In this document: positions 11,554 through 23,137 of the stretch, piece after piece | How positions within the stretch are numbered: the stretch's first letter is position 1 | How the letters are laid out: every line of letters starts with the position of its first letter | Source: Camelus ferus | Taxonomy: Eukaryota | DNA: 64,000 nucleotides | Direction: 5' to 3' | NCBI RefSeq assembly: GCF_009834535.1 | Contig: NC_045698.1 | Span: 622,001 to 686,000, forward strand | Made by a program: the position numbers and the translations under genes | The notes under the pieces: generated by a model | The model's database searches: none | What the model was told of the DNA's origin: nothing | Seen by the model: only the letters and a program-made list of their open reading frames with translations

Positions 11554-12524
11554 GGCGGCCCCGGGCACCGAGGGACGCTCTGAAAGGCCCTTCTTCCCTC
11601 GGCTCTTCCCGACGGGCATCCAGAGACTGCATCCCTGCCGCTGACGTCCCCGTCACCATGCTGCTCTGTGTAATCGTAACAGCACACCTGCGCTTACAGA
11701 AGTACCTGAACCTGCCTTCATCATGAAACCAAAGTGCAGCCCCGCGGTGTCGACGGGTCTGCTCGGACGTTCTCGGCGGGTCTTCCTCTGGGGCCTCGCA
11801 CTCGGGGTTCTTCGGCTTGTGGGGCTGGGGGTGTGGACTTGTCCCCGGGCTCGAGTGGGCAGGGAGCTTCGTAGGCCTTCTGGGCTCATCGTTCTTGAAG
11901 CCGGGAGCCGTGGCCTGAGGAGCAGCTGCTTCTCCGGGCCCACACGTGCGGTGGCCAGTTCTGCCACACGAGGCCGGCACAGATCACAGAGAAGAAGGGG
12001 GCCGTGTGGGCGGGCGGGCGGGCGGCCTAGGAGGCTCCCCAGAGCGCGGCAGAGCAGTCAGGAAAGGCAGAGGTCAGAGCTGGGAGGAGGGTGCCGGCTG
12101 GGCTCGGCCTCAGGGCAGCACTGCCAGCATCGTAAGTGGACGCAGAGGTGGTCAGCAGGGCCGGGGAGGTAGGGCCCTTCCTGAAACCCACTCGCAGACA
12201 GTTGGGCAGTAGGTGGGTGTCCCCTCCTCTGTGGACTTGAATCTGAACCATCGGGTTCTCGGGACACAGCTTCAGCTTTGGACAAGCCTGAGTCCCTCCG
12301 GGAGGTCGGGAAGAGGGTGTCAGACCAGCAGGACTTCCCAGAGCACGGGCAGTGCCGGTCCTGGGCCTCGGCCGGGGGCGTCCCCGGGCCGGGAAACTGC
12401 TGCTGCTCTGTCCGAGATGAGAGGCTTGTGAATTTGTGCAGCTGGCTTTGTCCTTGGCTCCTCGGCAGTTTTTAAGGATAAAGCAACTTGGTGGTTGACT
12501 TGTGATTGAGTTTTTCCCAGTCAT

Positions 12525-12530
12525 AATAAA
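12525..12530 (+). promoter_or_regulatory. Probable NKD2 polyadenylation signal AATAAA
   Basis: First AATAAA I found downstream of the NKD2 stop, in an AT-rich context with downstream T/GT-rich sequence. Confidence 0.7.
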
Positions 12531-13531
12531 AATACGTGCATTTTGTAACATGTCATACCTTGTTTAAAGTGAGTTTCCAAACAGAACCGGGCCGTCCTGC
12601 ACCAGCACCGGCCACCAGCACAGACAGCAGGCGGCTTGGTGGGGCAGGCACACGCTGCAATGGGAACGCGTGTCTGTGTCTGCTGATACATGGGTGGGAG
12701 GAGGGTCAACACGCGTGCAGCACACGCCACTCCACACTCACGGGTGACCCCTCCCCACTTACTGCCCTAAAGGCACAGCCAGAAACACCGAAGCCCCAAA
12801 CTGGGTTCGTGGCGCGGGGACACTTCCCGCCTTTGTCTGGGGCCACGTGGACCAAGGCTCCCGTGCTGGCGCTGGCTCCTGGTGAGTACGTCGCCCGGAG
12901 GAGCCGGTGCTCCTTCCCCTCTTCTCTCAGCCCTCTCCACGGGGTGTTCGTGGCTGCTTGAAAGTCCCTCGGGGTTTCCAAGTTGCTGCCATCTCCGTGA
13001 GCCGCGTCCGGGTGCTGGGAGGGCTGGGAGACGCGCACATCGTGGTGCTCCGGGTGTTGCAGAAGCAGACTCAGGCCGTGCCTGGTGGGCCAGAGGCCAG
13101 CGGCCAGGCAGGAAGACTGGACAGGTCCATGTTCCGGCCACATTCTGTTCACTGGCTGTGAGTACTGCACAAAGAGGTGTTTGCAGAGACCTTATCACCC
13201 CCGACCCTGGTCCCTTTCCCACGTGCAGAGCTCTCACACATGAGGGGACCTTTCAGTTGGCCCCAGCAGACCTGTCCAGCCCTGCGACTGTCCACTGAGC
13301 CCTTGGGTGCATGCTGGCCGACCAGCTGGCAGCTGTGATGAGGCCTGAGCTTTGGCCTCTTTGACTCCAGACCCTGGATTTAAAGACAAAATGTGAGGGA
13401 AACACCATCAAACAGACCAGAAGCTGAGTGCTGCTTGTGGGGCTGGGAAGCAGGGAAGCCCAGCTCCCCGACACCAGTGGGGCCCAGGACGGTGCACTCG
13501 AGCACCAAAGGGACAGAAAACCACTTGAGGG

Positions 13532-14020
13532 TGTTGACTGCAGAAAAGATGCCCACCCTAAAAGCTGAGCTACGTTTTATTTGGTGGACTTAGTGGGGAC
13601 TCGCGCCCGGGAGGCGGCTTCTCAGATGCTCTAGGGGAAGCAAGGGAGAAACCGGGACGTGCAGGAGTTTTTCAGCAAAGACCAGGTAGCTGGAACGTCA
13701 GACGGTGACTGTTAATTAAGGAACACCAGACGTCTCAAGTTGGGGAATTTAGCATTTCTCTACTCACGGGAAGATGCAGGCGTCTGGGCTCACTGAAGCC
13801 ACCCCTGTGACGTGCACCTGAGCTGCCCGGGGCCAGGGTCCCGTGCCTCCCCACCCGAGTCCCCTCGGGGGCACCGCCCGGGGCGGCAGCAGAGGCCGGG
13901 CTGCCTGCTTGTCCGCATTCCGAGTTCCCTGCGAGCCCCTGGGGGCCAGGGTACTGTCTGATGACTTGATGGCACAGCGTCCTTTGTTTACTGGTGTGGC
14001 TGCCATACTTTTCACTCACG
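13532..14020. mobile_element. Solo LTR, ERV1-class (MER41-like family as recalled), ~490 bp
   Basis: Starts TGTTGACTG and ends TCACG (CA to CG). Flanks AGGG/AGGT resemble a 4-bp TSD. Internal motifs (GTTAATTAA.GAA.ACCAGAC.TCTCAAGTT, GGGAAGATGCA..GTCTGGGCTCACTGAA) resemble laurasiatherian ERV1 LTRs from memory; the family name needs Dfam confirmation. Confidence 0.65.
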
Positions 14021-16098
14021 AGGTCAACAAGGAAGACCGCTTGTGAGCATTGATGTGGACACATTAACCAAACACCCGCCTGTGCAGAACCTGTCCCGTG
14101 GATGCGGTAGCTGCCCTGGGGCTGGGGGCGCGGGGCTGGGGGCCCACAGGAACCCACGTGTCGGGGAAGCAGAGGCCCCCCCTGGAAGAAAGGCTGGGGT
14201 GCGGCTGGAGGCGGAGATGGAGGAGGACTGTGCCTGCCCGGGGCCCTGGTCGCGGAGCCGGTTTCCCACGCTGAGTCCACCCTCCTTGAAGACACCACGG
14301 ATGCGTGGTGAACAGTCAGGTCTTGCCACTGATTTAAGTGTCGACTTTGCAACTGGATCATCTCAAAGGTGGACCAAGCTGTATCTTACAGGCCCAAGAA
14401 GGCCCCCTGGAGAGTGTGTTGCCAAATAAACCTGGAGCTGAGTGAGGGGAGCTCTCTGTGGCGCTCCCAGGGCGTGGCCTCTGGTCTCCGGCTGACCCCA
14501 GAGCCGGTCATCTCAGCTCCTCGCCCCCCGGTTCCCCTCTGGACCCTCCGTCCACACACACCTGGCTCCCTCTTGTGCCGCTTCCCAGGGAAGGGGAGGC
14601 CTTGTCTGGGGTCTCGGGGTCCAGTCCTGTTCCTTCAGCGGCTCCAGGCCTGCCAGGTCAGTCCTGCCCACCTGTCTGGACCCATGGGCCTGTGTCTCAG
14701 CTGCCCTGCCCATCCCTGTCCTCCCAGCCCAGAGGTGGGTCCAGAGAGTGGCGCCACCCTGCCCTGTGGACCTGGCCCAGCGCAGCCTGGCCTTTCCGGT
14801 CCACAGCACGCAGGCCGCGGGGCCACAGCCTCCCCACCCCCATCCACACTTTTTTCTCTCTGTTTCCCGGATCCCTCTGAGCACAGGCAGGACACGGGTC
14901 ACTCACGTCTCTGCATTCCTGGCACGTGGTGCAGGATGTGGGAGGAGACGGCCCGGCCCAGGGCCCCCCACCCCCAGCCCATCCCACCCCCACCCCGGGC
15001 CCCTCTCTGCCTCGTTTACTCTCTTCTGCCCACAGCCTCGTGCTTCTCTGCACTTGAGGGGAGCCCTGTGCTCCCACCACACGCTGGCCTCGCTGCCTCG
15101 GGTCCTGTTCCCACCTGCTCCTTGGGGCCCCACAGCTTGTCCCCGGTGCCACGCTCCTCAGCAGAGGGGCCCAGTGAGCTGAGGGTCACTGAGTGACTGG
15201 ACGTATGGGCTCCCCGCCCCCGGCCCGCCCACCCCCACGACCAGATGTAGGACAGCCGCCCAGCCTGAGCCTGAAGGGTGGGGAGGGAGGCTCCCACCTC
15301 CAGCCAGCAGCTAAGAATGGGGGCAGTGGCCTCCCGTGGGCTCCATGAGCCACAGCTCCGGCGAAACACTCAAGGCCTCCGTTAGCGTTGAGGGTGGGGC
15401 TCTGCCCCTGGGAGGGGCAGACCATGGACAAGCGCGTGCCCCCAGCCCCTCCTCGCCCTCTGATGTGCCTGCAGCCCCGGGGTCTCCGTCTGGAGCTGAT
15501 TCTGGTGGGGCTGCGTCCCAGCAAGATCCTAGTTGGTGCCATGACGCTGGTCCAGAACCCTGCGCAGGAAGGGGCACCCAGGGCCCTGACCTCCTTGCAC
15601 CTGGTGGCCCGGGTGAGCGCCCCTGGCCACTGCTGATGCAGGCGGTGAGGGTGTGCGCCCGGCGGCGCTGGGGAGAGCAGGTCCTAGGGGACGGGATGAG
15701 AAGGGGCTCTGGAGGGAGTGGTGGTCAGACCTCACTTACCAGGAAACCTGGGGAGGCCCGGTCGACAACGTGGAGGTGGGGAGGGAGCGGTGGGGGTGGC
15801 AGAGTGGGGCGTGCCGAGAACTCCCACAGAGGACGGTCAGCAGCTCAGAAATCACAGCTCATGAGCCCCTCAGCCCTGAAGGCTCCCCAGAAAAGATTCC
15901 AGATCACGGGAGAGGCAGTAAATGCACACTGACTGGGGCCACGGGGACCTGAGGGTCCTGAGCGTGGGCTGAGCAGGGGGAGGGCCGAGGTGCCCACAGA
16001 AGGCTCGGCAAGTCCAACAAAGCCCCCAGACATGTGCTCAAAGTCCAAAAGCATTTCTGTCAGGCTGCCACCAGTCAGGAGCTAATGTTTAAAGTTAC

Positions 16099-16465
16099 CG
16101 TGTTGGTTAATTTCATGTCAACCTGACTGGCTCAGGGGCCCAGTGCGCTGTGAAGCGTGACTTCCAGGTGTGTCTGTGAGGGCTTCTGGAAGGGGTCAGC
16201 CTTTGACTCAGTGAACTGAACAAAGATTCACCCTCCTGGCTGTGGGTGGCACCGTCCAACCCGTGGACCACAGCTGTGACGGGAGGGCCGACTCCCTCTG
16301 CTCCAACCGAGCCGTGGCCTCTGGCCCTGGGCGTCGCAGGTTCTGGGCCTGGGGCCTGAGGACTGGCACATACACCGCTGGCTGCCCGTGCTCCTGGGCC
16401 TCCAGCCTGAGGGCAGGTGACGGGGCCTCTCAGCCCCCAACGTGGAGCGACCCCCGTAATCACAC
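16099..16465 (+). mobile_element. MLT2-type (ERVL) LTR remnant
   Basis: GTGTTGGTTAATTTCATGTCAACCTGACTGG...GGTGTGTCTGTGAGGG...TGTGGGTGGCACCGTCCAACCCGT follows the MLT2 consensus start; 3' boundary approximate. Confidence 0.75.
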
Positions 16466-17314
16466 CTCCTCTGACGTCTGCCGGGGTGCGTCCTACCATT
16501 GTGAACATCAGCGTCGGCCAGTAAGTCTAATGGGGGACATACGCGCCCTCCCCAAAAGCTAAGCTCCGAAGACACCCACGTGAAGCGGCGACGCAGCCCA
16601 ATCGGAATCTCCAGGGGACGGTTTTGCAGCCGTCAAATAGCTGATGCTAACAGGGCAGGAGCCGCGGTAACTAAGTCAGTGTGCGAGGCCCAGTGCGAGG
16701 CCAGGCAACGGGACCAGCGGGGCAGGACAGCAGGGCACGAAGGTTGCTGCCACGCTCGGCTGTCGTGGAGCGCAGGGCCATGCACCTCCACAACTGTGGA
16801 CAGCATCCCTCGGCGGGGTCGTGGGGTCACATGGTCACTCCATGTTTAGCAAACCTAGGAACCGCCACTCCCTTCCCAGGGCAGCCCCAGCTGCGCCCCC
16901 ACCGGCAGTGTCCTCCACACGCCTGCAACACGGGCTCGTCTCCTCTTCCTCGGTCACACCCACATCCTAGTCCGTGTGAAGTGCTGTCCCGTGAGCCCAT
17001 GTATCAGATTAAAGGGTCCCCTTTAATCAGAGTCTTTGCTGGTTCCACCCGTAGGGAAACTGCAGGCTGGGTAATTCCAGCGAGCAGCAGCGTCTCCTTA
17101 CTGCGCTGCACACGTACCTGGGGGGCAGGGGGCTGCTCCCTACTGACTCCATCAGCCTGTTGCTTTGGTTTGACTCTTTCAGCCAGTTCACATGCTAACT
17201 CTCCAGCCACATGATCAGACCTGAAATAAACCCGGGGGCGGGGTGCGTTTCTCCACACGTTTAATTTTCATGCTCGATGAGACAGGGCGTTCCCCAACAC
17301 ACTCAGATCTTCAT

Positions 17315-17320
17315 TTTATT
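17315..17320 (-). promoter_or_regulatory. Probable SLC12A7 polyadenylation signal AATAAA
   Basis: TTTATT on + strand, ~1.6 kb after the stop codon, followed on the - strand by GT-rich sequence. Confidence 0.7.
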
Positions 17321-18941
17321 CTACTGACAAAATCATACAAAGAACCTCGAAAAGGCAAACACGAAGCCAACGGCCACAGTTAAGAGTCCCACAGTTTACA
17401 GAACAGGAAGGACCTGGGGTGCAGACACAGACGTGGCAGGTGCTCGGCTGGGCCGGGTGTCGCAGAGGGTGGGGGGTCCTGTATGCGCAGCTGCTTCCCA
17501 GCCTTGACCAACCTGCCAGCCGGTGCACAGGGACCCGGGACCCAGGAGAGGGGCCTGAAGAGGAGGTACAAGTCACCACTGAACTGAGACCCCCGCCCCA
17601 AGCTCAGCTGTGGCGTTTGGCACACGCTCTGGCCGTGGTCATCCTGACGGTGACGCTGACCCTCCATGCTGCCTGACTGCCCCTCAGAAACATCTGGAAA
17701 CACACGCTTAGCCCCTGCCTGACCTTAAGCCCGTGGACAGGGCCGATTCCCTTGGGAGCCCATGGAAACCAGAGAAAGCCAAGGGCCTGGCTGTTCGGAG
17801 CCCATTTCACAGACACAACCTCCTTGTGGACGACGTTTATCACTGAAACTCCCCCGGGCGTTTAAATAAATAAATAACCCATACAGAAAGTGAGGCACAA
17901 ATTACGGCAGCAACACACGGTGAACATGACAGCGCGTGTACAGTGCAAACAGTCCAGGATCACGGGAAGGTGCCTGTCGGTGCCCTGAATGTGGCGGGGA
18001 CACCCCTGACCCCACAGCTACAATGCCCCAGGCCCGGCGGTGCCGACGGGAGGTGACAGGCTCAGCTGGCAGCCGTGTGCAGTGGCTGCAGGACCTCCCA
18101 CGGCTGCACCCCGTCCCCTCTCAAGAGTGCGAAGCATGGAAACGAGGTTGCAGGAGCCAGTGCGTCAGACGCTGAACCGTGTGGCACTCCCCATCCTGAA
18201 GGCTCTTCCACTGCCGCCTGCAGTGGGGGATTCCCGGCACCCGCCATTTCTAGGGTCGCCCCCGGCCTCCCCCAGTCACCCACACCAGGTACAGCAGCTC
18301 TGGGGTGCCAGCCGGGCCGTCAGTGCGGGGAGACAACTGGTCACGAGCACGGCCCGGCTCTTCCACCGGCTGCTTCCTGGCATGAACCCCACCAGGACCC
18401 GCCCACCCACCCACAGACGCCTGCCCTGCGGTCCGCAAGAACCAGCGCATCAGCCCACCGCCGAGGGGACAGTCTTTACTCTGCCTCCATTTCAGAAACC
18501 CCAGCCCGGCTACTGAGAGGGGCAGGTGGGCAGCATTGCCCGGGGAGCTGACATGAGCCCTCAGCCACGGGTCAGCTTCAGCCTGGGGGCTTCTCCTGGC
18601 ACCGTGGGGGGGCCGGGGGTCTGAGTGACCCTGACCGCACAACAGCCTGCAGGTCCAGCCCAGGGAGATCAGTTTGAGAGTCCAGGTGCTCCCTGTCTCA
18701 CTTTGCCGTCAGGAGACGGACGGGCACAGACCAGGTCACCGCCAGCACCCCCGGGAGCACGGGGAGCACTGAGGGTGTCGCAACCTGCCCTGGGATGCGG
18801 GGAAGACTTCAGTCACGCGTCAGCTCTCAGCCTGGAGAGCCCCGGTGCTATCTAGAAACTTCTACAGGACGCCACGCACTGGCCACTGCACACTGCAGCA
18901 CCGACCCCACCTGCCCAGTGCACCCCCAGGGTGGCCGAGCG

Positions 18942-19033
18942 TTAGGAGTAGATGGTGACCACCTCCCGGCCGCTGCCCCTGACCAGGAGGACCCGGTTCA
19001 GCCCCTCGGTCAGGACCTCGAGGAACTCCATAT
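18942..19033 (-). CDS. SLC12A7: SLC12A7 exon 24 coding part (92 nt; [30 protein letters not shown])
   Basis: U12-type branch TCCTTAAC then cgcag|; typical KCC C-terminus; TAA. Confidence 0.96.
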
Positions 19034-20296
19034 CTGCGGTGCGCTGAGTTAAGGACACAGCTGACCCAACCATGCAAGAAGCCAGAAGTGTGAAAGGGAC
19101 AGCTTTACTCACCCTGGTCCTGTGTCTAGTCAGGATCGGTTTGAGAAAGAGAGGGAGGACGGGGGCGGCAGGCCCGGAGAGGGAGGGAGGGACTGTGCGA
19201 GGGGAAGAGGGGTGCTGACCCCGCCCAACAGAGACCTCAGCTAGGGCTGCGGTCGGCCTACACCTGCAGCTGCCTGACCAGGAACCTGGAGGGACCCCCG
19301 TCCTTGCCCAGGGGCTCTGGGCACAGATCCAAGGGGAAGGATGCAACAGACACGTCCACCACCAGGACACCCAGACAGACCGGAAGTCCTGGCTCCAAGG
19401 AGGCATGGATCCCTGGGCGTGTGGTCCTCCTGAGGCTTAAAGCCTGAGGACCAAGCTGCCGGCCTCCTCACAGCTTCCTGCCTGCTGCCCCCCAGGGTGG
19501 GGTGGGCTGAACCCAGATGGCCAGGCTGCACGCCCCCTGGGTGACCCAGGGTGGGGAGGACCTGTGACCCCCGAGGTCAGGCCTGGCAGCCTTGCTCCAT
19601 GCAGCAGCTGACGGGGTTCCATGAGTGAGGGGCACTTGGTGCCGGGAAGGGCTCAGAGCGGAGCCACCGGCAGAACCTCGTGGACTGGGCCCCCAGGCTC
19701 TGCCCCGTCCCCCAGATGACTGGGAAAAGGCCGGGACAGGAGCTGGGCAGGCAAGAGCCTGCAGCCCAGAGCCGATGCTGTCCTGGAGCCGAAGCCGAGG
19801 CAGGAAGGCAGGGTCAGTGACACGGTTTCTGGGCCCATGTTCACCCCACTCATCACCTGAATTCCCCAGGTGTCAGCCTGCTCTCCACGGAGGCCTCTGT
19901 CACCCAGAGCACCAAGCACGTCTTCTATCTCCTCACCTCCACAAGTCCACACTGTCTCCTCGGCCCCGTGCTCACGCTGAGTCAGTGAGGGGTGATTCCT
20001 GAGACTCCCCAAGCCCAGCTTCCCTGGCCATCAATAGCTCAAATGTGGGGACCAGGCAGATGACAGGAACTGGGTCTGCTCACAGCCTCTGCGCCCGCTG
20101 GCCCACAGCCCCACACAGCCCCCATGATACAGCTCTGGTCCAGGCACCTCAGGTCACCCACATCCCACGCTAAGGGCCCCACAGCTCCCAACCCCAGCCC
20201 CAGGCGCCTCCCCTGAGCAGGAGCGGGGTGAGGGGCCCTCCCACCACATGGCAGCTGTCCCCCACCTCAGCAAGGGCAGCATCTGGGAAAGGATAC

Positions 20297-20430
20297 AGTT
20301 CTCGTCCCCCTGTCGGTTTTTGGGGGGCCCCGGCATGTTGAGCAGGACCAGCTGGGCATCCTGGGACTTGTCGAGGATGACACCATTGAGCTTCACAGCC
20401 GTGTGCATCCTCCGGACGTTGGACTGATTC
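20297..20430 (-). CDS. SLC12A7: SLC12A7 exon 23 (134 nt; [16 protein letters not shown]...GDEN)
   Basis: ctcacag| acceptor and |GTATCCTT U12 donor. Confidence 0.96.
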
Positions 20431-22992
20431 CTGTGAGAGGGAGACAGTCACACGGCACCTCCAATCTGCGGTCCTGGGCACCAGGCTGTGTCTGAGCCCC
20501 AACTTGCCCGCTTGGCTCCCATCAGAAAGGGCAGGTGGAGACAGGTGAGACCCGCCACCTGGAGAAGCCACAGGATGCGATGCCACGTGGGGCAGAGACA
20601 ACAGCCGGAGGCCACTCCTGTGGGCGGAAGCGGAACCTCGGACGGCACAGCGAGCCCGTTTCCAGGTTGAGAGGCGTCTCCGTCGAGACCCCTGCCCCGC
20701 GGCCAGCCCGTCCTTAAATGCTGCCCCATGAGGAACCTGCTGCCGGAGTGAGCACCACCTGCGGCCACCAGCCCAGTGGGTGAGGAAGGAGGGCCCGGCC
20801 CACCACCAGTGCCTGAGGCCTGAGCCCCTCTAACAGAGCTGGGGACGCTGGCCCAGTATGTGGCCACCGTGAGGCCCGCCCCGGCTCGTGGCCTGCCCGG
20901 ACGCTTGCTGCTCCTGGCCGATGGCAGCCGCTCCCACACCGGTGACCAGACCCTGTGCCTCACGTCCTCGCCCACTGCCCAGGCCCCACAGCCTGCTGCA
21001 CACTGATGCCTCTCACGGTGCTCTGGGCAGCCAGCCTCCCAGGGAGGCTCCTCGGGGACGCAAGACTGGGGACGATGCTACCCTGCGCCCGCCAGCAAGC
21101 CCTCCTCCTCTGCATCGGCCCCTCAATGAGCTGCACCCCGGGAAGCACACAGCAAACCCCAACTGGGAGGACCCAAGCCCCTGCGCCTGCACCTCCCTCT
21201 GTACAGCTGCCGGTGCCAGAGGCCACGTGAGGCAGAATGGGGGGCCAGTGCAGGGGCTGCAGCTGGAAGGAGCTCACCATGCCCAGGACACAAGAGGGGC
21301 GGGCGGCTGGGCAGGCAGACAGACAGACAGACGGAGGCCGCCACGCGATGGTCGGGAAAGGCCCGCAGGACGGGAGCCTGGGCCACAGCCTTTGATCAGC
21401 TCAAACTTTAAGCCAAATAAATCCAATTACAACTGCCAATTACCAGGAGAAAACGGGGAAATGGAACCCTTGGTTTTCTCGCTCCAGTTTCATCTGATAA
21501 AATTACAGGCTGGGTCTCTGTTCTCGGCACAGCCAGGGGCCTTTGGTTCCGAGAACCATGAATTAGTTGCCTGGATGGATCCTTATTATCGGTGTGTTTG
21601 GGGACACAACAGCAATTCTAGAAACGTGTCTGTGACATTATAGGGCCTCGGGGTTAAGAGTCTGACAACACATATAATCTTAAAATCAAGGGCCAGGCCT
21701 GGACATACCCGCGGTTCCAGGACTGTGGGCCCGTGGAGGCCAGAGAGGCCCAGGTGGCCCTCACGTGTCCAGAAGGTAACAGACACTTGCACTGGTTACC
21801 CGACAGCCAGCCGTGAAGACACCAAACGGGGAAACGCGTCATCACATGCTGAGTCTGGTGGAGAAGCGCTTCCCCAGCCAGGCTCTCTGAGGCTGGACCT
21901 GCGGTCAGGCTGGTGGGCTGCCCGGGGCGGGGGAGGGCGGGGGAGGCCCGTGGCCGGCGTGCTGGCAGGGTGGGATTCTGGCCCCTGGCTGCTGACAGCA
22001 CACAGCCACAGTGTGCCCGCCACGGGGTCACCTGTGGGCTGACCTCCCACCTTCTGGGAGCTTCCCGCAGCCCAACCCCTGCGGCAGAGGCAGACTGGCT
22101 CTCCTGCCCGCTTCCCGCAGGCCCGGGACAGTGGCAGCTGGCTGCACTCGGGCCAGGCCTGCCGCTCGCAGCCCCTTTGACGGGGGGTTGGAGGGGACGC
22201 CTACTGCTGCGCTACGGGCTTGTGCGTTCTTAATCAAATGCTTCACCTGGAGATCACTTTACGTTTATGGAAAAACAGAGCAGGCAGCAGAGTCCTGTGT
22301 ACTCGCCCCCGGGGCTCCTTCGGGGACCCACACTCCCGCGGCCCCTGGGGCGTGAGCTGCTCGGGTCTAGGGGCTGAAACAGGAAGTCTGGCTACCGAGT
22401 CACGAGGCTCCGCTGGGCACCGGAGGGAAGACAGCCCGGAAGTCACAGGGGAGCTGGGGCGGACAGACAGACAGACAGCAGCCCCTCCAGGCCCTGGATC
22501 TCTGGCCCTAACCCCCAGGGCCAGCCCCAAAAGAGGATTCACACACATCCCTTCTGACGAGATCAAACGCGGTTGCTTCCTACAGGGCAAAAAGGCACCG
22601 GGCGCTGCCGAGACAGAAGGAAATGCTGTCCCCACACAGCCGAGACTGGGTGCATCTGAACCCCGGGACCCTGAGGAATGTGGGTGAATCAAACTAACAG
22701 CTACCAGAACACTCGCCCTCCGCTCTGAGGCCTGCTCAGGACCAACCCTCCCCAGACCTCGTCCACAGGCGCTGTTCAGAGAAGGAATGTCGGGTATGTG
22801 CCCCAAGCCACTCCGGGCGAGGGAGTGAGTTAAACAGGAAGTTCCTGAAAGCCAAGCAGCGCAGGGCTGAGCACGGACACATGGACACGCGCACGAGGCC
22901 AGGCATGGAGAAGGGACACGCGCACACGGGGCCGTGCACACACAGGACTGCACATGTGTGTGCTTACGGGCACATCCACACAAGGGGCCCTG

Positions 22993-23015
22993 CACACACA
23001 CACACACACACACAC
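22993..23015. repeat. (CA)n microsatellite, (UG)n in SLC12A7 pre-mRNA, within a broader CA-rich tract
   Basis: Direct observation. Confidence 0.9.
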
Positions 23016-23122
23016 GGGGCCGTGCACACACTCTGACGTGCACGCGCGGGTCGCGAGAGGCAGTGCGTGCAGCGCATGCCAGGCAACCAAGTCTACGAGG
23101 TCCCAGGACTGGGAGGACTTAC

Positions 23123-23137
23123 AGGTTTCCCCACTCT
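23123..23137 (-). CDS. SLC12A7: SLC12A7 15-nt microexon (EWGNL), probably alternatively spliced
   Basis: ctctgtcttctcttccgcatag|AGAGTGGGGAAACCT|gtaagt; phase 2-2; gives KP-EWGNL-NQSNVRR, like KCC2 KP-EWENL-NQSNVRR. Confidence 0.85.

Larger units (their letters stand above)
7384..12550 (+). other. NKD2: NKD2 (naked cuticle homolog 2, Wnt/Dvl antagonist), 3' portion from exon 4 to the 3' UTR; exons 1-3 lie upstream of the window
   Basis: Seven exons with GT-AG sites splice in a consistent frame into a recognisable NKD2 protein (EFX domain, DENTERRNHYLDLAGIENY motif, His-rich C-terminus). The 3' end is approximate. Confidence 0.96.
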
